Assembly: GCA_052038845.1 (NCBI GenBank)
Contig: JBQGDD010000008.1
Coordinates: forward strand, 1-41,584
Direction of reading: 5' to 3'
Source: Dyadobacter sp.
Lineage (GTDB): Bacteria > Bacteroidota > Bacteroidia > Flavobacteriales > Flavobacteriaceae
Length of the DNA stretch: 41,584 nt
Of this stretch, positions 26,934 to 37,415 are shown piece after piece. A program made the translations under genes and the position numbers. The notes under the pieces are model-generated. The model was given only the letters and a program-made list of their open reading frames with translations. It did not search any database and was not told the origin of the DNA. Every line of letters begins with the position of its first letter. Position 1 is the first letter of the stretch.

Positions 26934-28772
26934 ATGAAATATATAGCAACAATAAAACGGAACAGGATATTAATCTTACTGCTTGTGCTTGCCTCTGCCC
27001 TCAGGCTTTATAAGGCAGACTTTCAGAGCATTTGGGTTGACGAGGTGCTTACAATGAATGCAGCTAACCCAAACCTTACTTTAAAACAGTTTTATGACGG
27101 TATTTTATTTTGGGAATATATCCCTCATCTGTATTTTTTACTGAACCGTATTGCTTTTGAAATTTTTGGATTTTCTACATTAGTGGCAAGAATACTATCT
27201 GCAATTATAGGCGTTTTGGGGGTTTATGCTATTTATTTACTGGGCAGGGCAGTATATAGCAAAAAAGCAGGGCTTACAGCCGCTTTTTTACTTTCAGTAA
27301 ATATATTTCATATCTATTACTCTCAGGATATGAGACCATACGGAATGCTGTTTTTATTTACAGTTTTATCCTTTTACAGGCTGGTATTATTCCTTAAAAA
27401 TCCATCTGTAAAAAATGCCATATATTACGGAATATTTACCGGGCTGATACTGCATGCACACTTTTTTGGGCTTATTACCATATTTTCCCAATGTGTATTA
27501 TTACTGTATTTTCTCATTATTTCCGGCAAAGAAAATAAAGGCAAATTTTTTAAACTCTCTGTTTTAGGTGGTATTACTGCATTAGTTGTGTTTATACCGG
27601 TTATCAAACCTTTTATAAGGGTATCAGGCATAAATTCCTTTTGGCTTGAGCCTCCAAAAGCAGATGCATTTACCCAAATGTTCCGTGAATTCTTCGGAAA
27701 TTCGGAAATGGTGCTGTTCATAATAAATTTTATTGTAATTTATTATGCTGTAAACCTGTTTAAAGAAAAAGTCAGGAATTATAATTATGAAGGGATTTTA
27801 GGGAACAGATTAGTATCCGGTTTTATAATTTTCTTTGTGTGGCTGTCTGTATCATTATTAATTCCACTGTTAAAATCCTATCTGGATATCCCTATGCTGT
27901 TAATCAGGTATTTTAGTAATATACTGCCTGTACTTATATTGGTAATTGCCATTGGTATATGTTTAATTAAAAACAAAATTGTAAAGGGCATTGTCATTCT
28001 CAGCTTACTATGCTTTTCATTGGTTGATATAATTGTAGTACATGATTATTATAACAGGGTTACAAAAACACAGTTAAGGGAAATAACTAACGATATTAAA
28101 GCTAAAAACACAGAAAAGGCTGATGTTGTTACTTATTGGTCGTGGATTTTTAAACATTTTTTTGAAAGTGATCCGTTAACTCAAATAAAGGAGTATACGC
28201 TTGACGGTTATGTGGATGAAATGAAAAGCGGAAATATCAGTAACAGGTCTTTTTGGTATGTTGACGCCAACTGGCGGCCCTATAGTGTAAACGATATAAC
28301 TAAAGCCTACTTAGAGCAGAATTTTGTACTGAAGGAGAAGTTAATATATTATGATACGTGGGCACATTATTATGAAGCCATACATAGCGATATAACTACT
28401 ATAGCAAAAATTGATATAGTTAAATATACAGAGGCTGCTGATAATGAAATTAGATATAGGCTTGAAAATTTTGGTTATTCTGATATGTTCATTAAAGCAT
28501 CAGGATGGGCATTTATAGAAGGGAGCACTACAGAAGGAGCAATTATAAACGTAGTTTTAATAAACGAGAATAAAGAATGTTTTGTAATACCTACGGATAC
28601 TGCCCGGCGCGATGATGTATCTGAATATTTTAATAAACAGCTTCCTTTTTCGGGTTTTTATGCTAATGGCAGCTTAAAAGGGCTAAAAAAAGGAACCTAT
28701 AAGGTAGGGATACTAATTAAGGATAATAATAAGGAGGGATTTGTAATCACCGATAAATTTATTGAAAGATGA
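26934..28772 (+). CDS. GT-C fold (GT39/ArnT/PMT-like) membrane glycosyltransferase with a C-terminal extracellular domain
   Basis: SIWVDE, P.LYF, YSQDMRPY, many TM helices; the C-terminus has a GWAF...RRDDV...SGF Ig-like pattern. Confidence 0.85.
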   Translation: MKYIATIKRNRILILLLVLASALRLYKADFQSIWVDEVLTMNAANPNLTLKQFYDGILFWEYIPHLYFLLNRIAFEIFGFSTLVARILSAIIGVLGVYAIYLLGRAVYSKKAGLTAAFLLSVNIFHIYYSQDMRPYGMLFLFTVLSFYRLVLFLKNPSVKNAIYYGIFTGLILHAHFFGLITIFSQCVLLLYFLIISGKENKGKFFKLSVLGGITALVVFIPVIKPFIRVSGINSFWLEPPKADAFTQMFREFFGNSEMVLFIINFIVIYYAVNLFKEKVRNYNYEGILGNRLVSGFIIFFVWLSVSLLIPLLKSYLDIPMLLIRYFSNILPVLILVIAIGICLIKNKIVKGIVILSLLCFSLVDIIVVHDYYNRVTKTQLREITNDIKAKNTEKADVVTYWSWIFKHFFESDPLTQIKEYTLDGYVDEMKSGNISNRSFWYVDANWRPYSVNDITKAYLEQNFVLKEKLIYYDTWAHYYEAIHSDITTIAKIDIVKYTEAADNEIRYRLENFGYSDMFIKASGWAFIEGSTTEGAIINVVLINENKECFVIPTDTARRDDVSEYFNKQLPFSGFYANGSLKGLKKGTYKVGILIKDNNKEGFVITDKFIER

Positions 28773-29302
28773 AAATTGTAAATCTGCTGTCAGCCATCTT
28801 TTTTATCACGATAAGCTGTAAAGAGGATAAAGGCCATGAAACAGCCACCGCAGAGGATATACAGGTTTTTACTGTAGCGATTGATGTTGAGGTAAACGAA
28901 CCTGACTCTTTTAGCCTCTATTACACTGAAGATGGTAGCATTAACTTTGGAGATATACCTGCAATTTGGGCTTCTGTAGAAGGAAGTACAGATGTGCAGA
29001 GAGTTGTTTTCAGCCTGCCGAAAGGAGCGAAGCCTACACAGTTAAGGCTGGATTTAGGCATGAATAAAAAGCAGGAAGATATAGTTTTAAGGCAGGTTAC
29101 AATGACTTATGGAGATAAAAAATTTGCAGTAGCAGGTCCTGAAGTTTTTACCTATTTCAGGCCGGATAATAGCAAATGCAAAGTAAATACAAGGACAAGC
29201 AGGATTACTGCAAAATACAGGGACGGGATAAGGCAGACACCGTCTTTATATCCGCATGAAGATGCTTTAGGCATAAAAATGAAGAGTCTGATTAATAATT
29301 AA
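28769..29302 (+). CDS. Putative lipoprotein of unknown function
   Basis: Lipoprotein signal ending TIS-C followed by KEDK; beta-rich body with LYY and LRLDLG. Confidence 0.75.
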   Translation: MKIVNLLSAIFFITISCKEDKGHETATAEDIQVFTVAIDVEVNEPDSFSLYYTEDGSINFGDIPAIWASVEGSTDVQRVVFSLPKGAKPTQLRLDLGMNKKQEDIVLRQVTMTYGDKKFAVAGPEVFTYFRPDNSKCKVNTRTSRITAKYRDGIRQTPSLYPHEDALGIKMKSLINN

Positions 29303-29322
29303 AGATAAAGAAACACCTTACA

Positions 29323-30135
29323 ATGAGAAGACTAAAAATTTTGTTTTTCTGGCTGTTTGTAAACAGGAATAATGTAGGCTTTGGAGAGCTTTTACAGTTC
29401 CTGACGAAACCTACAATAGGACAGATTGCAAAAAAGCATATTAAATCAACAGAAGAAAATGAAGATTTTAAAATAGCTTTTAATGATATACCCGGCAGTT
29501 TGTACTGGCCTAAAGGGTTTTCATTGTACAGGCTGTATCAGGTGGTGGCAGAAACATTTGATAAAAATGACTGGCATTATTACCAAAAAGAAAAAACAGA
29601 GATTGAGCAGGGGGAAATTCTTTTAGATATTGGTACTGCCGAAGGTTTATTCCCGTTAACGGTTATAGATAAATGCAGCCATATTTATATGATTGAACCC
29701 AGTAGGGTGTTTAACCGCTGCCTGCAAAAAACATTTGAGAACAAGAAAGATAAAATAACATTATTTAATGTTGCGGTGGGAAATACAGATGGAGAAATTC
29801 CGTTTGATGAAAACTCTCTTGACGGTAAAGTAACATCTGAAACTGCTGACGCGGCCTATACTATAAACATCAATAAAATAGATACGCTGTTAAAGGATAA
29901 AAAAATAACATACCTTAAGGCAGATATTGAAGGTTTTGAAATGGAAATGCTTAAAGGCGCAGAGGAGGTAATAAAGGCTAACAAGCCAAAAATTGCCATA
30001 ACCACCTACCACACAGAAAATAATCCTGACGAAATAATATCGGTTATTAAAAGTTATGTGCCGGAGTACAAGCACTATGTAAAAGGAATTTATGAGCAGA
30101 CACCAAAACCCGTTTTAATACACTTTTGGATTTAA
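29323..30135 (+). CDS. FkbM family methyltransferase
   Basis: LDIGTAEGLF, IEP, YLKADIEGFE..MLKGA...I...KPKIAI..YH. Confidence 0.88.
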   Translation: MRRLKILFFWLFVNRNNVGFGELLQFLTKPTIGQIAKKHIKSTEENEDFKIAFNDIPGSLYWPKGFSLYRLYQVVAETFDKNDWHYYQKEKTEIEQGEILLDIGTAEGLFPLTVIDKCSHIYMIEPSRVFNRCLQKTFENKKDKITLFNVAVGNTDGEIPFDENSLDGKVTSETADAAYTININKIDTLLKDKKITYLKADIEGFEMEMLKGAEEVIKANKPKIAITTYHTENNPDEIISVIKSYVPEYKHYVKGIYEQTPKPVLIHFWI

Positions 30136-30144
30136 ACAGGATAG

Positions 30145-31419
30145 ATGGATTTAAAGAAACTATCATTAATACTGAGGGATAAAAAAAAGCAGAGTTTTTT
30201 TATTTACGGATTGGGGCATGCTTTCAATCTGTTAAGCCCCCTTGTTGTTATTCCTTACATAGTTTCTTTATTTGGTGAAGAAGGCTTTGCCAAGGTTACT
30301 TTGGGCTTTACAATGGCATTGTTTTTAATGCTTGTGGTAGATTATGCCTTTGATGTTAAAGGGACAAAAACCGCTGCCGAAAATAACGGGGACAGGAAAA
30401 AGCTGGAAGAACTGCTCAGCTTTACCATTTTTACCAAAATGATATTGTTTGCCATTGTAGCAGCTATTATGGTACCGCTGTTTTACACGATACCTTTTTT
30501 TGAGCAGGAAAGAATGGTATTCCTTTTAAGCCTTGCTATGGTGTTGGGGCAGGTATTTAACCCAATTTGGTTTTTGCAGGGCATAGAGCAGTTTACTACT
30601 GCCAGCTTGCTTAACATAGGGTCTAAAACACTTTATCTGGTACTTGTATATACCCTTGTAAAGGGCGGAGATGATTATATTTATGTAAACTTTTTTTTAG
30701 GTGTTTCTGCCTTGATATTTAATATAGCCACGCTTTTTTATATAAAATACAGATACGGTTTCAGGGTTATAATTCCTGACCTCAAGGAAATACAATCGGT
30801 TTTAAAAGCCGATTTCAGTTTTTGTGCCTCGCAGTTATTTCTTTCTGTAAGGCAATTATCGCCGGTATGGCTCATTTCCTATTTTTCCGGGTACTATGTA
30901 GCGGGCCAGTACAGGATTATAGAACAGGTAATTACACTTTTCAGGACTGCAATACAGGTTTTTCTGCGATATTTTTATCCATCAGTATGCTATAAAATAA
31001 AAGAAAGCATTACAGGCGGGTTTGCCTTTTGGAAAAAATATTCGGCGTTTAGTTTTGTAATGGTGGCGCTTGCACTAAGTGTTATATTTATATTTTCTGA
31101 TGAGGTACTGATATTTTTTAATGTTTCTAATGAAACCCTTGTAACTTTAAGCACAACTTTTAAAATAGCGCTGTTAATACCACTTTTAATGTCGTTATCC
31201 TTACCTCTGGAGCAGCTTATGTTTATTGCAGATAAGCATAATGCCTATATAAGAATCACTATTGCTGTAACCACTGTTAACGTACTGGCAATTATTACAT
31301 TGTTATTGTTTGGTTACGGGATACCCGGTGTAATACTCACCCTGCTGGCAGCAGAATTGCTTTTTATTGCACTGTATTTTAAAAATTCATACTTACATTT
31401 AAGCCATAAAACCCCGTAA
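30145..31419 (+). CDS. wzx: Oligosaccharide flippase (Wzx-like)
   Basis: About 12 TM helices; PL..IPY, DY.F, P.WFLQGIE, G.Y motifs. Confidence 0.85.
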   Translation: MDLKKLSLILRDKKKQSFFIYGLGHAFNLLSPLVVIPYIVSLFGEEGFAKVTLGFTMALFLMLVVDYAFDVKGTKTAAENNGDRKKLEELLSFTIFTKMILFAIVAAIMVPLFYTIPFFEQERMVFLLSLAMVLGQVFNPIWFLQGIEQFTTASLLNIGSKTLYLVLVYTLVKGGDDYIYVNFFLGVSALIFNIATLFYIKYRYGFRVIIPDLKEIQSVLKADFSFCASQLFLSVRQLSPVWLISYFSGYYVAGQYRIIEQVITLFRTAIQVFLRYFYPSVCYKIKESITGGFAFWKKYSAFSFVMVALALSVIFIFSDEVLIFFNVSNETLVTLSTTFKIALLIPLLMSLSLPLEQLMFIADKHNAYIRITIAVTTVNVLAIITLLLFGYGIPGVILTLLAAELLFIALYFKNSYLHLSHKTP

Positions 31420-32672
31420 TGAGAATAAGGTTTCCAAAAGATATTATATACCAGGTATTGTTTGTGCTGTGCATAGCAACGCCCTATTTTTATAACTATG
31501 AGCTTACCTTTGCAGTATGGTGTTTTACAGCATTATTTACCGTTACAAAAGTATATTCTTTTGAAATTGCCAGGCAGCTGGCGTGTTTTGCGGCAATCCT
31601 TTTTATTGCCTGTATTGTAACTTTTTATTATGACTATAAACTCTATTATATAGCAAGGGATTTTGCCTACATGGTTAAGCCTGCTGTAGGGTTGTTAATT
31701 GGCTATCAGCTTATAAGAAAGTTAAGAACAAATATTTTCAGGCTTATAGTTATAACCGGGTTTTTACTTGCCTTACTGCATTTCTTTTTCTTATTTCAGG
31801 CTGTAATTGTTTATCATGCCGATACTGTAGCAAAAGTGCGCCATTATGCCGGGTATTTCAGCGATTTTGAAATATATTCTTTAATTCTGCTGGTATTTTA
31901 CAAGAGGTTTAATATGGGCTTTACACAAAGGCAGGTATTACTCCTTTCTGCGGTTATAGCGCTTTCATCTTTTTTATATATGGCAAGAACCAACTATATA
32001 CAGTTTTTAATAATGTTTATAGCTCTAAAAGGATACTTTACCGTAAATAAAAAATCTGTAATTGCTGTATCGTCATTGCTGTTGGTTTCACTAATTGCCT
32101 ACGGAGCTATTTTGTATATAAACCCAAGGCGAAACGGTGACGGGCTGGAGGCATTAATGTATAAAATAAAAATTGCCCCTACAGAGCCTTTCAGGACCAG
32201 GATAAGCAAAGACAACCATAAACAGTTTCATGATAATTACAGGTCTTATGAAAATATAACAACTATAAGGCAGGTAAAAGCAGAGGGAACAGAAGCTGTT
32301 ATAATAGGCAAAGGATTAGGCTCTACAGTAGATTTAAAGACAGTTATATGGCTTGGCGATCAGCAAATGCGCTTTATATCTATACTGCACAACGGGTTTA
32401 TGACGGTTTTCCTGAAATCCGGGCTAATAGGCGTGGCTATTTTTATACTGTCACTCTTTTTACTTTTTAAAAGAGTACGTTCAGATAATTACAAGGTCAG
32501 GCAGGTTAACTATATTATGGTGGGCACCGCAATTTTTATGTTTATATCTGCATGGGTTTTTATGGGCTTTTACTTTACTGCCGATACCAAAGCCATACTT
32601 GTAGGCCTTTTTATATGCTACAGGGAAAAGCTGCTTAAGGAAGCTGGGGAGGATACCGAATTAACCCTGTAA
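31419..32672 (+). CDS. Wzy-like polysaccharide polymerase / O-antigen ligase family membrane protein
   Basis: About 10 TMs; ART after a TM, large loop with IGKGLG and LHNGF, then K.GLIG. Confidence 0.7.
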   Translation: MRIRFPKDIIYQVLFVLCIATPYFYNYELTFAVWCFTALFTVTKVYSFEIARQLACFAAILFIACIVTFYYDYKLYYIARDFAYMVKPAVGLLIGYQLIRKLRTNIFRLIVITGFLLALLHFFFLFQAVIVYHADTVAKVRHYAGYFSDFEIYSLILLVFYKRFNMGFTQRQVLLLSAVIALSSFLYMARTNYIQFLIMFIALKGYFTVNKKSVIAVSSLLLVSLIAYGAILYINPRRNGDGLEALMYKIKIAPTEPFRTRISKDNHKQFHDNYRSYENITTIRQVKAEGTEAVIIGKGLGSTVDLKTVIWLGDQQMRFISILHNGFMTVFLKSGLIGVAIFILSLFLLFKRVRSDNYKVRQVNYIMVGTAIFMFISAWVFMGFYFTADTKAILVGLFICYREKLLKEAGEDTELTL

Positions 32673-33785
32673 AAAATCAGTAATTATATTTTTGATGTTA
32701 GTTGAAGCGTTACCGTCTCCATAAGGGTTTGATGCTTCTGCTATTTTTAAATAGTAGGCCTCATCATTTAAAAGCTTTTGCGTTTCCAGTACAATTTTTT
32801 CCCTGTCAGAGCCTACCAATAGTGCAGTGCCGGCATCAACACCTTCAGTCCTTTCCGTCACTTCACGCAGTACAAGTACTGGTTTGCCTAAACTGGGTGC
32901 TTCTTCCTGTATTCCTCCGGAATCGGTTAAAATAATAGAACTTTTGTCCATCATCCATATCAGCTCTTTGTAATCTAAAGGATAAATAAGATGTATGTTT
33001 TTTCTTTGTAATTTAGTATAGGCAACATCTTTAATGTTTGGGTTAAGATGCACAGGGTAAACAATCTCAATATCAGGGTTTGCATCTGCAATTTCCAGTA
33101 GTGCTTCACAAATCTGTAAAAAAGGAGCACCAAAATTTTCGCGCCTGTGGCAGGTTACCAAAACAATTTTTTTACCAAAATCTATTTCAGTAAAATTATT
33201 CCTAATTGTTTCATCATCACCATTTTTTATCTTCTCAAGTCCGGCAAAAAGGGCATCTATAACTGTATTTCCTGTTACATATACCTTATCGGTAATATTT
33301 TCGCTCAGCAGGTTTTGCCTGGCGTTGTCTGTAGGGCAAAAATGGAATGATGCCAGCTTAGAGGTTAGCACCCTGTTCATTTCTTCAGGAAAGGGGGAGT
33401 TCATATCATGGCTTCTAAGCCCTGCTTCAATATGGGCAATTGTAATTTTTTGATAGAAAGCGGCTAATGCTGCAGCCAAAACAGTAGTAGTATCTCCCTG
33501 TACAAAAACAATGTCAAATTTTTCCTTTAGTAAAATCTCGTCCGTAATTCTGGCAATAAGGTTAGATGTGAGGCTGTGCAATGTTTGGTTGTGTACCATT
33601 ACATCAAGGTCATAATCTGCATTAATATCAAAAAAAGCCAAAACCTGGTCGAGCATCTCCCTGTGTTGCGCCGTTATCGCCACCCTTGTTTCAAACGCTT
33701 CTGATTCAGAAAAAGTTTTGATTAAAGGAGCCATTTTTATAGCTTCCGGGCGCGTACCAAAGAGAAATAATATTTTTTTCATCAT
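32661..33785 (-). CDS. wecB: UDP-N-acetylglucosamine 2-epimerase (non-hydrolysing)
   Basis: GTRPEAIKMAP, QHREM, QGDTTT, HIEAGLRS, PFPEEMNR, HRREN, TDSGGIQEEAP, PYGDG. Confidence 0.96.
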   Translation of the reverse strand: MMKKILFLFGTRPEAIKMAPLIKTFSESEAFETRVAITAQHREMLDQVLAFFDINADYDLDVMVHNQTLHSLTSNLIARITDEILLKEKFDIVFVQGDTTTVLAAALAAFYQKITIAHIEAGLRSHDMNSPFPEEMNRVLTSKLASFHFCPTDNARQNLLSENITDKVYVTGNTVIDALFAGLEKIKNGDDETIRNNFTEIDFGKKIVLVTCHRRENFGAPFLQICEALLEIADANPDIEIVYPVHLNPNIKDVAYTKLQRKNIHLIYPLDYKELIWMMDKSSIILTDSGGIQEEAPSLGKPVLVLREVTERTEGVDAGTALLVGSDREKIVLETQKLLNDEAYYLKIAEASNPYGDGNASTNIKNIITDFLQG

Positions 33786-33865
33786 CTTAATTTACAGGCT
33801 GTATAATTAAATTTCCCGTAAAACTACTAATTAAAACTATATTTGCAAGAGTAAAAAGATGATTG

Positions 33866-34972
33866 ATGAAAGTATTGTTTCAATCGAGGGTAAACCTGTA
33901 TAAAGCACCGGGCGGCGACCTTGTACAAATAGAAAAAACAAAGAAATATTTAGAGAAAAGGGGTGTTGAAGTTGATATTTCGCTTGAACTTGAACCTAAC
34001 CTAGAAAAATATGACCTTGTACACCTTTTTAACCTTATGGAGCCACAGGATATTTATATCCAGATGCTTAATGCTAAAAGGCAGGGTAAAAAGGTTGTTC
34101 TTTCAACCATTTACGGTTTGTACACAGAGTTTGAAAGAAAAGCAAGGGGAGGGCTTTTTCAAAAAGTTGCCAACATACTTTCACCCTACCAGATAGGATA
34201 CATAAAAACACTAATAAAATATTCGGCAGAAAAGAGGATGCATAAAGGTGTTTATAAAATGATGTATAAAGGCTATTATGGGCTAATGAGGGAAATTGTA
34301 GATAATACAAGTGTATTTTTGCCAAACTCAGACTCTGAGATGGAGCGGGTAGCAAAAGAGTTTAACCTTATAAATTATAACTACGTAAGTGTACCCAATG
34401 CTATAGACAAAGATATTTTTTGTAATGATGCTGATGAAGCTACAGGGAATGACTTTGATGAATTTGAAGGGTGTATATTATGTGCAGCAAGGATTGAAGG
34501 GAGAAAATCGACTTTAAACCTGGTGAGGGCAGTTAAAAACTCGCCTTATAAACTTGTTTTGGTGGGTAAAGAATCAGCTAACCAAAAGCAATATGTAGAG
34601 CAGGTGCATAAAGAAGCCGGAGATAATGTATATTTTTTGGGCATGATGCCTCATGAAAAACTACGTGAACTTTACAAAAAAGCTAAAGTTCATGCACTTG
34701 TAAGCTGGATGGAAACACCGGGCTTATCATCATTGGAAGCTGCTGTAATGGGCTGTAATATAGTAGTTACAAAAAAAGGTGATACACAAAGCTATTTTGG
34801 CAACCATGCTTTTTATTGCGAGCCTGATGATGTAGCATCTATCCGGCGTGCTATAGACGCAGCTTATAATGCTGAAACCAACACAGCTTTAAAAGACATT
34901 ATATTACAAAAATATACATGGGATATGACGGCTGAAGAAACTATAAAGGGGTATAAAAAAGCCATAGGTTAA
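33866..34972 (+). CDS. Family 4 glycosyltransferase
   Basis: PGGD..Q, PN.I, ARIEGRK, ETPGLSSLEAA; ATG at 33866 is preferred over TTG at 33863; TATATTTG box at 33838-33845. Confidence 0.88.
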   Translation: MKVLFQSRVNLYKAPGGDLVQIEKTKKYLEKRGVEVDISLELEPNLEKYDLVHLFNLMEPQDIYIQMLNAKRQGKKVVLSTIYGLYTEFERKARGGLFQKVANILSPYQIGYIKTLIKYSAEKRMHKGVYKMMYKGYYGLMREIVDNTSVFLPNSDSEMERVAKEFNLINYNYVSVPNAIDKDIFCNDADEATGNDFDEFEGCILCAARIEGRKSTLNLVRAVKNSPYKLVLVGKESANQKQYVEQVHKEAGDNVYFLGMMPHEKLRELYKKAKVHALVSWMETPGLSSLEAAVMGCNIVVTKKGDTQSYFGNHAFYCEPDDVASIRRAIDAAYNAETNTALKDIILQKYTWDMTAEETIKGYKKAIG

Positions 34973-35032
34973 TTAACCATTGTTTTACAGCCAGTTTAAA
35001 AATCATTACTTTTGCCACTTTTACTGAAAAGA

Positions 35033-36142
35033 ATGAAAGTAGCTATATTAGGAACAAGGGGGATACCCAATTATTACGGGGGGTTTGAGCAGTTTGCTGA
35101 ATATTTTTCGGTATATCTTGTAGAAAAGGGGCATGAGGTTTATGTATATAACTCTCATAACCACCCTTATCAGGAAAAAACTTTTAACGGTGTAAATATC
35201 ATCCATAAGCATGACCCTGAATACAAAGTAGGGACATTTGGGCAGTTTATTTATGATTATAACTGCATAATGGACATACGTAAAAGGGATTTTGATATTA
35301 TTCTTCAGTTGGGCTATACAAGCAGTTCTGTATGGTTTTTCCTTTTACCTAAAAAACCTTTAGTTATTACTAATATGGACGGGCTGGAGTGGAAACGCTC
35401 TAAATACAAAAGACCTGTGCGTCAGTTTTTAAAATTTGCCGAAAGGCTGGCAGCTATAAGCAGCGATTACCTGGTGGCTGATTCTTTGGGCATACAAAAA
35501 TCCCTGAAAAACAGATATAATAAAGAGTCTGAATATATAGCTTACGGGGCACACCCTTTTACAAACCCTGACGAAAATGTATTGCAGGAGTATGATGTGA
35601 GAAAGGGAGAATATAATATGGTAATGGCGCGCTTTGAACCCGAAAATAATATCGACATGGTGCTAGAGGGGGTTGTAAAAGCAAATGATGCCAACACCAT
35701 ACTGGTTGTGGGCAACCATACTAAAAAATATGGAGAGTATTTAAAGTCAAAATACAAAGAACATAAAAACATCCGTTTTATAGGGGGGCTGTATAACATT
35801 AACCACCTTGATAACCTGCGCTACTATTCTAAATTATATTTTCATGGGCACTCTGTAGGCGGTACTAATCCGTCACTGTTGGAGGCTATGGCATCAAAGG
35901 CACTTATTGCTGCGCATAACAACGACTTTAATAAAGGGGTTCTTAAAGAAAATGCATTTTACTTTTCTAACCCTCAAGAAGTTGCAGAATTGCTTTTGCA
36001 AACAAAAAAAAGTGATAATTTGCATAAAATTGAGAATAACTATAAGGCAATAATAAATGATTTTAACTGGGAAAAGATAAATGGGGACTATTTACAACTT
36101 TTCGAAAAATGCCTTGCAGAAAATCAAGCAACATCCGCATAG
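35033..36142 (+). CDS. DUF1972-containing GT4 glycosyltransferase (WchF-like rhamnosyltransferase)
   Basis: MKVAILGTRGIPNYYGGFE.FAE, NMDGLEWKRSK, RFEPENN, HGHSVGGTNPSLLEAM; TACTTTTG box at 35007-35014 overlaps the track's TTG, favouring ATG 35033. Confidence 0.88.
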   Translation: MKVAILGTRGIPNYYGGFEQFAEYFSVYLVEKGHEVYVYNSHNHPYQEKTFNGVNIIHKHDPEYKVGTFGQFIYDYNCIMDIRKRDFDIILQLGYTSSSVWFFLLPKKPLVITNMDGLEWKRSKYKRPVRQFLKFAERLAAISSDYLVADSLGIQKSLKNRYNKESEYIAYGAHPFTNPDENVLQEYDVRKGEYNMVMARFEPENNIDMVLEGVVKANDANTILVVGNHTKKYGEYLKSKYKEHKNIRFIGGLYNINHLDNLRYYSKLYFHGHSVGGTNPSLLEAMASKALIAAHNNDFNKGVLKENAFYFSNPQEVAELLLQTKKSDNLHKIENNYKAIINDFNWEKINGDYLQLFEKCLAENQATSA

Positions 36143-37415
36143 TGTACAGGTTGCACTGCTTACATTAGTAGCGGCAACCATACCTTTAAGCCATAATATT
36201 AACAGCATTGCCGTAATACTTTTTGTTATATACAGCCTGTTAAGTGCTAAAAAAAACAACATTTCACTTACACCCGCGCTGGTTATACCTGTGGCCTTTT
36301 ACCTGTTGATGGTATTGTCACTTAGCTGGACTATTGATTTTAAGAGTACGCTAAAAGCCCTTTCTAAAGAAGCGCCTTTACTTTTTATACCTGTTGCCTT
36401 TTATTTTAATAAAAAACTCTCAAGGGTGCAGGTTTCACAGGTGCTGCATTACTATAGTATATTTATGTGCCTGTTTGCAGTTTATTGTATCGGGCGGGCT
36501 GTAATCAATTACATCAGTACTAATGATGTCAGTGTTTTCTTTTACCATCAGCTTGCGACGGTTAAGGTAAATGCTATTTATCTTTCTGCACTTATGGCAC
36601 TGGCATTTTTCCACTTGCTTGCAAAAAAAACCAAGGTATGGTGGGAGTATCTGGCAGTGTTGTTTTTAGGAGCTTTTATAGTCTTGCTCTCTTCTAAAAA
36701 TGTAATTATAACGGTTGTTGTTTTAACGGGACTTTATTTTCTACTGTCAAAATCGGTAGCAAGACGCATAAAGATAGCCTCTATAGCTGCCTTTATAATA
36801 GTAGTGTTTACTTTTGGCTATTACGGTAAAATTAAAGACCGTTTTGTAAAAGAATATATGCCCAACACAGAGGTTGCTGATTATAAAGACTCTAAAACTG
36901 CCGCCGAGGCAGATGATGTGTACAGCGTGAGTGTTAAGCAGGCTTACACACTGGAAAAATTTGGTCCTAACGCTTATTTTAACGGTACGGCTTTCAGGGT
37001 GTACCAGGCAAGGATATTTAGCGAAATGTTACTGGAAGAGCCTATATTTTTTACAGGTTATGGGCTTAATGCATCTGAACAGAAAATTATGCAGAAGGGA
37101 ACAGAGTATGATGTTTATAAAGGCAGTGACACTGTAGAGGGGTATAATATACAAAACTTTCATAACCAGTATGTACAGGCGTTTGCCGATTTAGGTTTTT
37201 TTGGGTTTTTACTTGTTGTAATTCTGCTCATTGTAAACCTTGTAAACGGGCTAAAAAGCAAAGATTTTGTAAATATTGCTTTTGCAGTTGTTATGATAAC
37301 ATTATTTTTGACAGAATCATTTTTATGGCGGCAGCGGGGGGTTGTATTTTTTACCCTTTTTTACTGCCTGTTCAGTACATGTATTCGCAAAAAAGCTATT
37401 GAAAAAGAGATATGA
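36081..37415 (+). CDS. O-antigen ligase family membrane protein
   Basis: Multi-TM; LSSK, R in periplasmic loop, FTGYG, NFHNQY.Q...[13 protein letters not shown]. Confidence 0.82.
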   Translation: MGTIYNFSKNALQKIKQHPHSVQVALLTLVAATIPLSHNINSIAVILFVIYSLLSAKKNNISLTPALVIPVAFYLLMVLSLSWTIDFKSTLKALSKEAPLLFIPVAFYFNKKLSRVQVSQVLHYYSIFMCLFAVYCIGRAVINYISTNDVSVFFYHQLATVKVNAIYLSALMALAFFHLLAKKTKVWWEYLAVLFLGAFIVLLSSKNVIITVVVLTGLYFLLSKSVARRIKIASIAAFIIVVFTFGYYGKIKDRFVKEYMPNTEVADYKDSKTAAEADDVYSVSVKQAYTLEKFGPNAYFNGTAFRVYQARIFSEMLLEEPIFFTGYGLNASEQKIMQKGTEYDVYKGSDTVEGYNIQNFHNQYVQAFADLGFFGFLLVVILLIVNLVNGLKSKDFVNIAFAVVMITLFLTESFLWRQRGVVFFTLFYCLFSTCIRKKAIEKEI

